Notes: a model not told the origin generated them from the sequence alone. DNA of 64,000 nt from Hyalangium minutum (GCF_000737315.1 NZ_JMCB01000023.1:1-64000); one strand, 5' to 3'; shown: positions 38,849-47,746, numbered from the stretch's first letter. Made by a program: numbers and translations.

Positions 38849-39904
38849 ATGCGCGCGGATCGACTCATTCAACTGCTCATGCTGCTGCAGACCCGGCCCC
38901 GCTGGACCGCAGGGGAACTTGCCCAGCGCCTCGAGGTCTCCGAGCGCACCATCTACCGCGATCTCGACGCGCTCTCTGCCTCCGGCGTGCCGGTGCTCGC
39001 GACCCGTGGCCCCACGGGTGGAGTGTCTCTCATGGAGGGTTGGCGCACGCAGCTCACGGGCCTCACTCGCGAGGAGGTCCACGCGCTGGCCACTGTCGGC
39101 ACCCCGCGCCTTCTTGAGGATCTCGGCCTGTCCGCACCGCTGCGGAGCGGGCTCGTGAAGCTCGCGGCTGCGCTCCCGTCCCTCCAGCAGTCTGTCATCG
39201 AGTACGCGCGCCAGCGCATCCACGCTGACCCGTCCTCCTGGTTTGCCGAGCGCGAGCCCGTTCCTCACCTCGCCGTGCTGCGCGATGCCGTCTGGCAGAA
39301 CCACCGCGTCCGGCTCGACTACCGGGACTTCGACGGCAAACCTTCCAAGCGCGTCGTGGACCCGTACGGACTCGTCATCAAGGCCGAGCGTTGGTACCTC
39401 GTCGCTGGGACCGAGCGTGGGCCCAGTGTCTTCCGGGGCGCTCGCATCGCCGAGGCGCGCCTCCTGTCCGAGACGTTCGTGCGGCCCGAGCGCTTCGATC
39501 TGCCCACGTTCTGGAAGGAGTGGTGCTCGAAGTTCGCGGAGCGCCGCGCGCAGTACGAGGTCACCCTCCGATTAGCACCCGACGGAGCAGAGGCCCTCCG
39601 GCACATCCGGCCCCCCAACGATCAAGCCCGCATCGCCGAGGCCCGCCGCGCACGAGATGGCACGAAGACGGTCACCATCGACTTCGAGCGAGAGAGCATC
39701 GCCCTCTCGCAGCTCTGCGGCCTCGGGCGCGGCGTCGAAGTGCTCGCCCCCAAGGCCCTGCGAGATCGGCTGCGGACGATTGCCGCCGACCTCCAGGCCC
39801 TCTACGGCTCACACTCGCCCGCTTCCACACGACAAGCGCCCGCCCCCGAAATCATGGGAGCCGGCGCTCGGAAGCCCTCTCAGAAGACGCTGTCCCCGGG
39901 CTGA
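38849..39904 (+). CDS. HTH-WYL-WCX transcriptional regulator (YafY/PafC type)
   Basis: MRADRLIQLL...VSERTIYRD..ALSASG wHTH; YRDF...RVVDPYGLVIKAERWYLV...FR..RI WYL. Confidence 0.93.
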   Translation: MRADRLIQLLMLLQTRPRWTAGELAQRLEVSERTIYRDLDALSASGVPVLATRGPTGGVSLMEGWRTQLTGLTREEVHALATVGTPRLLEDLGLSAPLRSGLVKLAAALPSLQQSVIEYARQRIHADPSSWFAEREPVPHLAVLRDAVWQNHRVRLDYRDFDGKPSKRVVDPYGLVIKAERWYLVAGTERGPSVFRGARIAEARLLSETFVRPERFDLPTFWKEWCSKFAERRAQYEVTLRLAPDGAEALRHIRPPNDQARIAEARRARDGTKTVTIDFERESIALSQLCGLGRGVEVLAPKALRDRLRTIAADLQALYGSHSPASTRQAPAPEIMGAGARKPSQKTLSPG

Positions 39905-41907
39905 GCGCCCTCGGCCGTCATGCCCGCGGGCGTGGACTCCTTCCAGGAGCTCCGAGCCCCCGGCGCGGTCCCCGGCACCGTGGTCCGGGTCGACGTCGAG
40001 TCGAACACATCCGACGCCGTGACTGCGGCCTTGCTCGCAGCCTGGACCGGAGCCTCCGTGCCCAGGTAGCACTGCGCCCAGTTCTCCAGGCACCAGAGCG
40101 CGAAGACCTCCTCGGTGCGATCCTGGCCCGAGCGGTGCTGATCGAGCAGCCGCTCCACCGTGGACGCCGGGAACAACGACCGGCACGCGCTATCGGAGGC
40201 CAGCAGTTCCTCGCGCAACTGCCCGTGGAGCTGGTTGCGCAGCCACGAGCCCGTCGGCACCGGGAAGCCCCGCTTCGGGCGGTGGAGGATCTCGTGCGGC
40301 AGCTTGCCCTCCATGCCCTGCCGCAGCAGGTACTTGCCCACCCAGCCCTTCAGCTTGAGGTGGTCCGGCATCGACCAGCAGAACTCCAGCAGCTTGTGGT
40401 CGAGGAACGGCGTGCGCAGCTCGATGGACGCCGCCATCGACATCTTGTCCGCCTTGATCAGCAGATCATCCGGCAGCCAGGTCTTCACGTCCGAGTAGAG
40501 CATCCGCGACAGCGGGCTCAGCCCCTGCGTCCGCTCGTGCAGCGGATGGAGCCGATCCACCGCGTGCGGGCCCGGCAGCCCCCGGATCATCTCCTCCAGC
40601 AGCGCCTCGTCCGAGAACGCCCGCGACACGCCCAGGTAGCGCGTCTCGAAGGGCCGCCCCAGCCACTGCAGGTACTTGCGCACCTTCGCGTCCTTGACGA
40701 GCCGGGACAGCCCCGCCGACGCATAACCCGCGAACGGCACCCGGTGGATCTGCTCCATCACCAGCTGTTTGGCGTAGATCGGGTAGCCCGCGAGCAGCTC
40801 GTCCGCGCCCTCGCCCGAGAGCACCACCACCACGCCCTCCTGCCGAGCCCGCTCGGACAGGTAGTAGAGCGGGATGCACGCCGCATCCGCGATCGGCTCG
40901 TCCAGGTGCCACGCCAGCCGGGGCATGAACTCGCTGAAGCCCTCGGGCGTCAGCATCACCTCATGGTGCTCGGTCTTCAGCGCCTCGGCCGCGATCCGCG
41001 CGTAGTGGAGCTCGCTGCTCGGATCGCCCTCGTAGCCCGCCGAGAAGCTCTTCAGCGGCGCCGTCACGTTCTGGCGCATGGCCCACGTCACCGCCGTGGA
41101 GTCCAGGCCGCCCGACAGGAACACGCCCACCGGCACGTCCGCCATGAGCCGGATCCGCACCGACTCCTCGAACAGCTGGAGGAACTCCTCCTGCGCCTCG
41201 CTCTCCTTGACGTGCTTCCGCTGCGGCTGCGACAGCGGCACATCCCAGAACGGCCACACCGTCACTTCACCGTCCTGGAACCGCAGGCAGTGGCCTGGCT
41301 GCAGCCGCTGGATGCCCTTGAAGAGCGTGGCAGGCCCCGGCACGTAGCGCAGCGCCAGGAACGCGGGCAGCTGCGCGCGATCCAGATCCCGCTTCACCCC
41401 CGGCGAGGCGAACAGCGCCTTCACCTCGGAGGCGAACACCAGATCCCGCCCCACCCGCGTGTAATAGATCGGCTTCTTGCCCAGCCGGTCCCGGGCCATG
41501 AAGAGCACCTGGCGCTTCGCGTCCCAGATGGCGAAGGCGAACATGCCGCGCAGCTTCTCCGGCAGCCGCTCGCCCCACTCCTCCCAGCCGTGCGTCAGCA
41601 CCTCGGTGTCGGAGCGCGTCTTGAAGACGTGGCCCTTGGCCTCCAGCTCCGCCTTCACGCTGAGGTAGTTGAAGATCTCTCCGTTGAACGTCACCTGGAC
41701 GTCCGGCGTGCAGCCCGCCAGCGGTTGAGCCCCACTCGCCAGATCGATGATGGAGAGCCGCAGGTGCCCCAGCGCCACCCGGCCGCCTTCCCAGACGCCT
41801 CGGCCGTCCGGCCCTCGGTGCGTCATCCGATCGCACATGGCGTGGACCCACCGCCCCTCGCTGCGGCCCTGAGCGTCCGCAGCGACCCTGCCCGCAATCC
41901 CACACAT
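39880..41907 (-). CDS. asnB: Glutamine-hydrolysing asparagine synthase-family amidotransferase
   Basis: MCGIAG, HRGPD, RLSIIDL, FNGEIFN, RDRLGKKP, LSGGLDS, SGEGADE, SIELRTPFLD. Confidence 0.93.
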   Translation of the reverse strand: MCGIAGRVAADAQGRSEGRWVHAMCDRMTHRGPDGRGVWEGGRVALGHLRLSIIDLASGAQPLAGCTPDVQVTFNGEIFNYLSVKAELEAKGHVFKTRSDTEVLTHGWEEWGERLPEKLRGMFAFAIWDAKRQVLFMARDRLGKKPIYYTRVGRDLVFASEVKALFASPGVKRDLDRAQLPAFLALRYVPGPATLFKGIQRLQPGHCLRFQDGEVTVWPFWDVPLSQPQRKHVKESEAQEEFLQLFEESVRIRLMADVPVGVFLSGGLDSTAVTWAMRQNVTAPLKSFSAGYEGDPSSELHYARIAAEALKTEHHEVMLTPEGFSEFMPRLAWHLDEPIADAACIPLYYLSERARQEGVVVVLSGEGADELLAGYPIYAKQLVMEQIHRVPFAGYASAGLSRLVKDAKVRKYLQWLGRPFETRYLGVSRAFSDEALLEEMIRGLPGPHAVDRLHPLHERTQGLSPLSRMLYSDVKTWLPDDLLIKADKMSMAASIELRTPFLDHKLLEFCWSMPDHLKLKGWVGKYLLRQGMEGKLPHEILHRPKRGFPVPTGSWLRNQLHGQLREELLASDSACRSLFPASTVERLLDQHRSGQDRTEEVFALWCLENWAQCYLGTEAPVQAASKAAVTASDVFDSTSTRTTVPGTAPGARSSWKESTPAGMTAEGAQPGDSVF

Positions 41908-42025
41908 GTGATGCGCTCCCTCGTCCGAGCCTGCTGGCCGCGGAATCTAAGAATGAGATCCACTGACGGGAAGCTGGGGGGACTGGCACCGCACTCGAGG
42001 CTCAGAGGCCGTGCCGTCACCGCAC

Positions 42026-42076
42026 AAAAAATAAGGGCGCCCGCCGGCCCCTTGGAGTTTGACCGGCGAGCGCCCT
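42026..42076 (-). terminator. Strong intrinsic terminator
   Basis: 16-bp stem AGGGCGCTCGCCGGTC / GGCCGGCGGGCGCCCT (2 G-U) followed by TATTTTTT. Confidence 0.85.
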
Positions 42077-42176
42077 GGGTCTCGGCCTCATTGTGCCGAT
42101 CCCAAGATTTTCAGTCCTAGGTCTACCGCTGTGAGAAGGGAGCTCAAGTTACAGCTCCGTCTCATGCCCTGGACTC
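42026..42176 (-). ncRNA. Candidate ~150-nt structured sRNA or regulatory leader (unassigned)
   Basis: Upstream promoter, two hand-folded hairpins (42175-42113, 42106-42074) and a terminator; no ORF inside. Confidence 0.6.
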
Positions 42177-42183
42177 GGATACT

Positions 42184-42212
42184 AAGATATTCCCGTCAAA
42201 CCATCAAATCAA
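42184..42212 (-). promoter_or_regulatory. Sigma70-like promoter of the candidate RNA
   Basis: TTGATT (42212-07), 17 nt spacer, TATCTT (42189-84), in an AT-rich patch. Confidence 0.6.
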
Positions 42213-42230
42213 GCTTTTCTTTGGTCCCCG

Positions 42231-43361
42231 TTACATCGAGGGCCTCGCCACGCTCCGGTACAGCGCGTCATGACGCTCCACAAGGCGCTCCAAGGAGAGC
42301 TCGCGCCTCACGAACTCTCGAGCGGCCGCGCCCATGGCCTGGGCCTTCTCGGGGTTCTCGATCATGAAGCGGAAGGCCTCCGCGAGCTGCTCGGGGTGCT
42401 CGGACTGCACCAGCCGGCCGCGCTCGCCGTCGACGATGAGATCCGGGTTGCCGCCCACTGCCGTCACCACCATGGGCAGCCCCGCGGCCATGCCCTCCAT
42501 CACCGCGTTGGACATGCCCTCGGCCGTGGAGGCGAGCACGCCCAGGTTCGCCCGAGCGTAGATGGCCGGCACGTCCTGGCGGCGGCCCACGAAGTGGATG
42601 CGATCCGCCACGCCCAGCTCCGCCGCCTTGGCCTCCAGCTCGGGGCGGCGCGGGCCGTCACCCACCAGGTACGCGTGCAGTTCCAGGCCCTCGTCCCGCA
42701 GCTGGGCGATGGCCTGCATCACGTCCTCCTGGCGCTTCACTGGGTGGTTCATGTTCGCCACGTGCGCCACCACCGGCGCGCCGTTCGTGTCCGGCAGCGG
42801 CGCGTGGAGCCCCTCGCGGGCCCGAGCGTCAAAGCGCGGCAGATCCAGCCCGTTGTGGATGACGCTCACGCGCGAGGCCGGCAGGCCCTCCTGCTCTACC
42901 ACCATGCGCCGGATGGCCTCCGCATTGGCCACCACGTGGTCGGCCATGGCGGTGAGCTCCGCGAGCGCTGCGTGGCGGACAGGCCCCAACCAGTGCGCCA
43001 GATCCAGGCGGCCGACGATGACCTTCACCCCGGCCAGCTTCGCCGCGGGCACCACCAGCATCGTCGAGTAGAAGTCGTGCACGTGCACCAGCTCCACCCG
43101 GTTCTGCCGGAACCAGCGCGCCATCCGGAGGATCTGCCAGCCCGTGTTGGGCCGCATCAGCGAGCCGGTGAGTGGGAACTCCTCGGGGGTGTAGCCCAGC
43201 CCCCGGAGCGTATCCGACAGAGGCCCTGCGTCCTCCAGCACGGACACCTGCAGCTGGTAGCTGCTCGGCAGCCCTCTCAACAGCTCCAGCACCTGCACCT
43301 CGGTGCCGCCAATGTGAAACGACCGGGTGAACTCCACCAGGCGAATGGGCGCCTCGCCCAT
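42231..43361 (-). CDS. exoK: GT4 glycosyltransferase, probable ExoK orthologue
   Basis: GGTEVQ, VHVHD, IHNGLD, EGMSNAVMEGMAAGLPMV; start moved to ATG 43361 after GGAGG; symbol from recalled M. xanthus synteny. Confidence 0.7.
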   Translation of the reverse strand: MGEAPIRLVEFTRSFHIGGTEVQVLELLRGLPSSYQLQVSVLEDAGPLSDTLRGLGYTPEEFPLTGSLMRPNTGWQILRMARWFRQNRVELVHVHDFYSTMLVVPAAKLAGVKVIVGRLDLAHWLGPVRHAALAELTAMADHVVANAEAIRRMVVEQEGLPASRVSVIHNGLDLPRFDARAREGLHAPLPDTNGAPVVAHVANMNHPVKRQEDVMQAIAQLRDEGLELHAYLVGDGPRRPELEAKAAELGVADRIHFVGRRQDVPAIYARANLGVLASTAEGMSNAVMEGMAAGLPMVVTAVGGNPDLIVDGERGRLVQSEHPEQLAEAFRFMIENPEKAQAMGAAAREFVRRELSLERLVERHDALYRSVARPSM

Positions 43362-43371
43362 TGCCTCCGCC

Positions 43372-44661
43372 TCACGCCGCATGCCCAGACCCCTCCCAGG
43401 CCGCCGACGAGCCCCTGCCCGCCGCCGGCACCCGTTGCACCACCTTCGCCGCGGCCTCCGCACGGGCCATCGCAATCCGGTGCGCACTCGCTGCCATGCC
43501 GAACAGCACGTAGAGGTGCGCAGACAGGATGTAGCCCGAGAAGAGATCGCACACGAGATAACCCGCCATGGACGCCGACAGGGCCCGCCCCAGCCACCCC
43601 ATCTGGCTGTCCTTGGAGCTCGCGAAGGCGCCGCCCGTGGCACCTCCCGCGAACACCAGGAAGCAGAGCAGGCCGACGAAGCCCATCTCGCCAATCACAT
43701 CCAGGAAGACGTTGTGGGCCACGTACGCGTGCGTGGCCTCCGGCGGCGCGTAGAAGGGCCACGCGTAGCGGAACGCGCCCACACCCACACCCAGCAGCGG
43801 ACGGTCCAGGCTGATGCGCGAGGCCACCTGCCACGCGTAGACACGGCCCATGGCCGAGGCGTCCTGGTGGAACTCCGTCACCGTCTCGTTGCGCTGCCAG
43901 AAGCTCTGGGGCGCGAACACCACCAACCCCACCACCAGCAGGGCGCCCACCACGATGGCCTGCATGCGCCGCTTCTCGCGGAAGGCCCACACCGCCATGG
44001 CCACCGACAGGCCGATGAAGCCACCGCGCGAGTGGCTCAGCACGATGGCCACCACCGCCAGGCCCGCCGCCACACCGCACAGCGCGCGCAGCACCCAGCC
44101 GGACTCCTTGCGCGCCAGGAAGGCCACCGCCAGCGGGACCACGAGCCCCACGTTCATGGCCATGTGGTTCGGGTCCGCGTACACGCCCACCCACCGGGCC
44201 CGGTAGCCCTCCACCAGATCCACGCCCGTGTTGTACCAGTCGATGACGCCAATCGACGTCACGATGGAGGCGAGCACCACCGCACCGCACAGCACCGCCA
44301 GCCGTTTGCCCGAGGTGACGACGTTGATGATCGTCAGATAGATGGCCGTGAGCTTGATCAGCTCCAGACTCGTGGAGCGCGTCACGTCCGGATTCACCGA
44401 CCACGTCACCGACGCGAACGCCAGCCCGGAGAAGATCAGCAGCGCCACGCCTCGCACGCCGTCGAAGAAGAGCGGCTCCGCCTTGCCCAGCCGCCTCAAC
44501 GCCATGAGCCCCGCCGCCAGCGCCGAAGTCACCAGCGCGAGCCGCAGCGGATCGAACACCGGGATCCACTCACCTGGCGCCGTGTACACGACCACCGCAA
44601 AGGCAGTCAGCGCGTAGAACGCCAGGACGTCCCGCTGTTGGCCCTGCTCCCCCACACCCAT
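43372..44661 (-). CDS. exoJ: O-antigen ligase/Wzy-type polymerase, probable ExoJ orthologue
   Basis: Multi-TM; YADPN, SHSRGG, LGVG.G.F, AHNVFL; start ATG 44661 after AGGAGG; symbol from recalled M. xanthus synteny. Confidence 0.72.
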   Translation of the reverse strand: MGVGEQGQQRDVLAFYALTAFAVVVYTAPGEWIPVFDPLRLALVTSALAAGLMALRRLGKAEPLFFDGVRGVALLIFSGLAFASVTWSVNPDVTRSTSLELIKLTAIYLTIINVVTSGKRLAVLCGAVVLASIVTSIGVIDWYNTGVDLVEGYRARWVGVYADPNHMAMNVGLVVPLAVAFLARKESGWVLRALCGVAAGLAVVAIVLSHSRGGFIGLSVAMAVWAFREKRRMQAIVVGALLVVGLVVFAPQSFWQRNETVTEFHQDASAMGRVYAWQVASRISLDRPLLGVGVGAFRYAWPFYAPPEATHAYVAHNVFLDVIGEMGFVGLLCFLVFAGGATGGAFASSKDSQMGWLGRALSASMAGYLVCDLFSGYILSAHLYVLFGMAASAHRIAMARAEAAAKVVQRVPAAGRGSSAAWEGSGHAA

Positions 44662-44712
44662 ACCGACCTCCTGGCGCTTCACCGTTGAGACAAATGCGTG
44701 CGCTCAGGGCCT

Positions 44713-44728
44713 AGCAGGTGACATGCCA
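44713..44728 (-). promoter_or_regulatory. Sigma54 (-24/-12) promoter of exoJK-like genes
   Basis: TGGCATGTCACCTGCT, exact GG-N10-GC spacing, 52 nt upstream of the start. Confidence 0.7.
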
Positions 44729-44811
44729 TTCCGTTCGCCAGCCAAACCCCTGTGGATCCAATACCTTGCAGTGGACCCCAAGCCTGGGGGGGAGGAGCGA
44801 GCCTGAAAGAA

Positions 44812-46473
44812 TTACGGCGTCGGATTGCCCTCCATCGGAAGGATCACGGAAAGAGTGGGATTCACCCGGCCCTCCTGAAGGTAGGGCAAGGCCAGTTCCC
44901 CCAGCAGCCGCTCCAGGGTGAGTTCCACCAGCCGGCGCAGCTCCGGCTGGGCCTCGGCGGCCACCGCAGGCTCCAGCCCCGCCCGGGCCCGCTCGGAGGC
45001 GCTGGAGCGAAGCCGGGGCGCATGGACCGTGCCCTCGAAGAGCCTCTCGCACACCTCCACGGTGCGGCCCAGCGGCACGGGCCGAGGATCCGCCCGGCCC
45101 TCCAGCACGGCCATGGCGACCGCAGCGGTGAAAAGGCGCTCCGGGCCCAGCACGCCCAGGGCCACACCGAACCGGGCCAGCACCTCGCGCGCCGACGCCT
45201 CCGCGCCTCCGAGCAGCCCGCGGAACATCGTCACCTGCTGCTCGGCGCGGGCCAGGAGCGCCTCGCTCGCGGCGATCTCCCTCAAGGAGCGGAACGGCAC
45301 GGGCTCAGCGCCCTGGACACGCAGCGCTCGGCGGGGACGCTTGAGGCGCAGGGCCTCGATCGCCGCAGCCTCTTCGGGCATCAGCAGCGCCGTGTCGTCC
45401 AGCCTGGCCAGCGGCGCCTTCATCAGCCGGTCCGCGCGGAACTTCAGCGCCAGGGTCAGCGAGAAGCCCACCTGGAAGACGCGCTGCAGGGGCGTGTCCC
45501 GAACCAGCTCGGACGCCCGCGCCGGCTCACCTCCCGTGAGGTGCTCGAGCCCCAGCGAGAGGTAGTCGCGAACCATCTCCCCCACCCTGCGCACGGCCTC
45601 CAGGTCTCCCGGGTCCGCCAGCTCGGCCACCAGGGCGGCGTTGGAGACCCCACGCAGCTCGTCCTCGAGGTTCTCGCGCTCCACCTCGGTCAGGTCTCTC
45701 AGGGCAGCGTCCAGGTAGTCCACGCGCCCCTGGGTGGGCGCGAGCGCCGTCTGCGCGCTCCGAGCCAGCGTGGGCCCGAGCTCCACGCGGCTGAAGAGGC
45801 GCATCGCGTCTTCCAGGCTCGGGAAGCCCAGGTCCAGCAGCCGCGCCGCCCGGAAGCGATGACCCGCCTCCTCCAGCTCGCTGGCAACCTCCCAGCGCGT
45901 GGCCTCCATCAGCCGGACGGACTCGAAGGGGTTCTCCGCGATCAGATCCCGGAGGATGGCCTGCATTGCGGCCTGCTCCACCCCCTCCACCTTCAGTTCG
46001 ATGAGGTAGCGGCCCTCGGGCGTCTCCATCGTCACGCCCTCCGGGTTGACGTCCGGGTTCTCCTCCAGGTCGTGCACCACGGTGAACTCGCGCAGCATGT
46101 ACTCGAGCAGCTCGAGGTCCATGCCGTGCAACTTGCGGAGGAACTCCTCGGGCTCGTCCCCTCGCGCGGCGCGCAGCCAGGTGAGCAGCACGTGGGGATC
46201 AATCCGGTCGCGCTTCCAGCCCGCCAGATCCACGAAGGCCTGGAACTGCTGGGGCGAGGCCAACTGGACGAGCTCGGTGGCGTCCGCCAGCCCGACTTCT
46301 TGGATCGTCGTGTACAGCTCCCCCGGGGGCATCGAGCGCACCAGCGCCCGGGCATCCGAGGCCTCCACCAGGGCCTCCATCCGCTTGCGAGGAGGAAGCT
46401 GGGACAACTGCTGGCGCAGCTGCTGGCGAGCCAGCTGCGCATCCTTGCCATTTCCCTTGCCGTTCTCGGACAC
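44812..46473 (-). CDS. Conserved helical protein (DUF6178-like)
   Basis: LVRSMPPGELYTTIQEVGLADATELVQLASPQQFQAFVDL..W..D resembles this family as recalled. Confidence 0.7.
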   Translation of the reverse strand: MSENGKGNGKDAQLARQQLRQQLSQLPPRKRMEALVEASDARALVRSMPPGELYTTIQEVGLADATELVQLASPQQFQAFVDLAGWKRDRIDPHVLLTWLRAARGDEPEEFLRKLHGMDLELLEYMLREFTVVHDLEENPDVNPEGVTMETPEGRYLIELKVEGVEQAAMQAILRDLIAENPFESVRLMEATRWEVASELEEAGHRFRAARLLDLGFPSLEDAMRLFSRVELGPTLARSAQTALAPTQGRVDYLDAALRDLTEVERENLEDELRGVSNAALVAELADPGDLEAVRRVGEMVRDYLSLGLEHLTGGEPARASELVRDTPLQRVFQVGFSLTLALKFRADRLMKAPLARLDDTALLMPEEAAAIEALRLKRPRRALRVQGAEPVPFRSLREIAASEALLARAEQQVTMFRGLLGGAEASAREVLARFGVALGVLGPERLFTAAVAMAVLEGRADPRPVPLGRTVEVCERLFEGTVHAPRLRSSASERARAGLEPAVAAEAQPELRRLVELTLERLLGELALPYLQEGRVNPTLSVILPMEGNPTP

Positions 46474-46489
46474 GGCGTGTCCCTACCTT

Positions 46490-47110
46490 TCAAACTCGGG
46501 TTGCCTTACCAAATACCCCGAGCAGCGACTCCCACACTTCCTCGACCCCGAGCTTCTCCGTGGAAGAGAACGGCAGCACGGCCTCCAGCGGGAGCTTCAG
46601 CTCCTGCGCGAGCGCCTGGATCCGAGGCTTGCGGCGCGCCTTGGGAATGCGGTCGATCTTCGTGGCCACCACCAGGACTCGCCGCCCCTTGTCCTGCAAG
46701 TAGTCGAGCGTGAGGTGATCCTCGGGCGTGGGGCCGATTTCGGCGTCGACGATGCTCACCACGGCCTCCAGGTGGTGCCGCTTCTCCAGGTAGGTGGTGA
46801 TCATCGTCTCCCACTGGGCGCGCTCGGCCTTGCTGGCCTTGGCGAAGCCGTAGCCCGGCAGATCCGCCAGCCGCACCACGTGGCGCACGCCCTTGCGCTC
46901 CAGCTCCACGTCGAAGAAGTTGAGCGTGCGCGTGCGCCCCGGCGTGTTGGAGACGCGCACCAGCTTCTTGCGCCCCGTCAGGGCGTTGATCATGGAGGAC
47001 TTGCCCACGTTGGAGCGGCCCACGAAGGCCACCTCGGCGGCATGGCCAGTCGGGTAGCCCTTGGGCTCCACGGCAGTGATGACGAAGCGGGCGTCGATGA
47101 GCTTGATCAC
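46490..47110 (-). CDS. engB: Ribosome biogenesis GTPase YihA/YsxC
   Basis: GRSNVGKSS, PGRTR, DLPGYG, TKID, FSS; GTG start 47110. Confidence 0.96.
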   Translation of the reverse strand: MIKLIDARFVITAVEPKGYPTGHAAEVAFVGRSNVGKSSMINALTGRKKLVRVSNTPGRTRTLNFFDVELERKGVRHVVRLADLPGYGFAKASKAERAQWETMITTYLEKRHHLEAVVSIVDAEIGPTPEDHLTLDYLQDKGRRVLVVATKIDRIPKARRKPRIQALAQELKLPLEAVLPFSSTEKLGVEEVWESLLGVFGKATRV

Positions 47111-47114
47111 GAGG

Positions 47115-47603
47115 CTACTTCTTCGCCGGCGGGGGCGAGGTGGTCTCCGCGCGGGCGGACTTCTTGGCGCGCTCGGCGGACCAATGGTCGATGGCCTTGA
47201 GCGACTCCACGAAGTTGAACGGCCGCAGGGAGGGCGAGGAGGCATCGTGGCAGGTGCGGCACTGCTTCTCGGAGGGGTCCACCAGGCCTACCAGCCGGGC
47301 CAGCTCCGGGTCCTTCATCACGTAAGCGGGAGCGTAGTTCTGGCCGCCGCCGTGGCACGTCTCGCAGGAGACGTTGGCCACGCCCTGGGACTGGTCCGGG
47401 GCGTGGCAGGACAAACACCGCGCGTCCTTCTTCTGGGTGTCGGACAGGGAATCCAGGGCGCGGGCATGCTTGGACTGCTGCCAGGCGGTGTAGGCTGCGG
47501 GGTGGCAGCCCTTGCAGCTCTCCGGACCCACGAAGTCGGCCGCCCCCGCCACAGCGGACACGGCGAGAATCACGGGCAGGAGCCAGAAGCCGGATGTGCG
47601 CAT
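47115..47603 (-). CDS. Periplasmic tetraheme cytochrome c (c554-like)
   Basis: Signal peptide; four CxxCH motifs (CKGCH, CLSCH, CETCH, CRTCH); FVGPESC..CH...Y..W..SKHA. Confidence 0.88.
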   Translation of the reverse strand: MRTSGFWLLPVILAVSAVAGAADFVGPESCKGCHPAAYTAWQQSKHARALDSLSDTQKKDARCLSCHAPDQSQGVANVSCETCHGGGQNYAPAYVMKDPELARLVGLVDPSEKQCRTCHDASSPSLRPFNFVESLKAIDHWSAERAKKSARAETTSPPPAKK

Positions 47604-47746
47604 CGAGGGCGGAACTAGCAGAGCCCCCCTGGCGGGGCAAGGCATCTTGAATGCAAGCGGCCAGACAGCGTTCTATATGAGGAACCTTGAGCCCTGCCCC
47701 GGGGATCCGTTAGTCAGGCCGTCCGCTCGACCAGGTTAGGAGAACC

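Noticed and set aside
41985-42015. Sigma54 promoter for asnB
   Set aside because: The TGGCAC/CGGCAC hexamers here lack the GC at the -12 position (GG-N10-GA)
42026-42176. Assignment of the hairpin RNA to retron msr/msd, Pxr, 6S, SRP, T-box or a c-di-GMP riboswitch
   Set aside because: No reverse transcriptase nearby, no sigma54 site directly upstream (as Pxr has) and no diagnostic motifs recognised; left unassigned pending an Rfam scan
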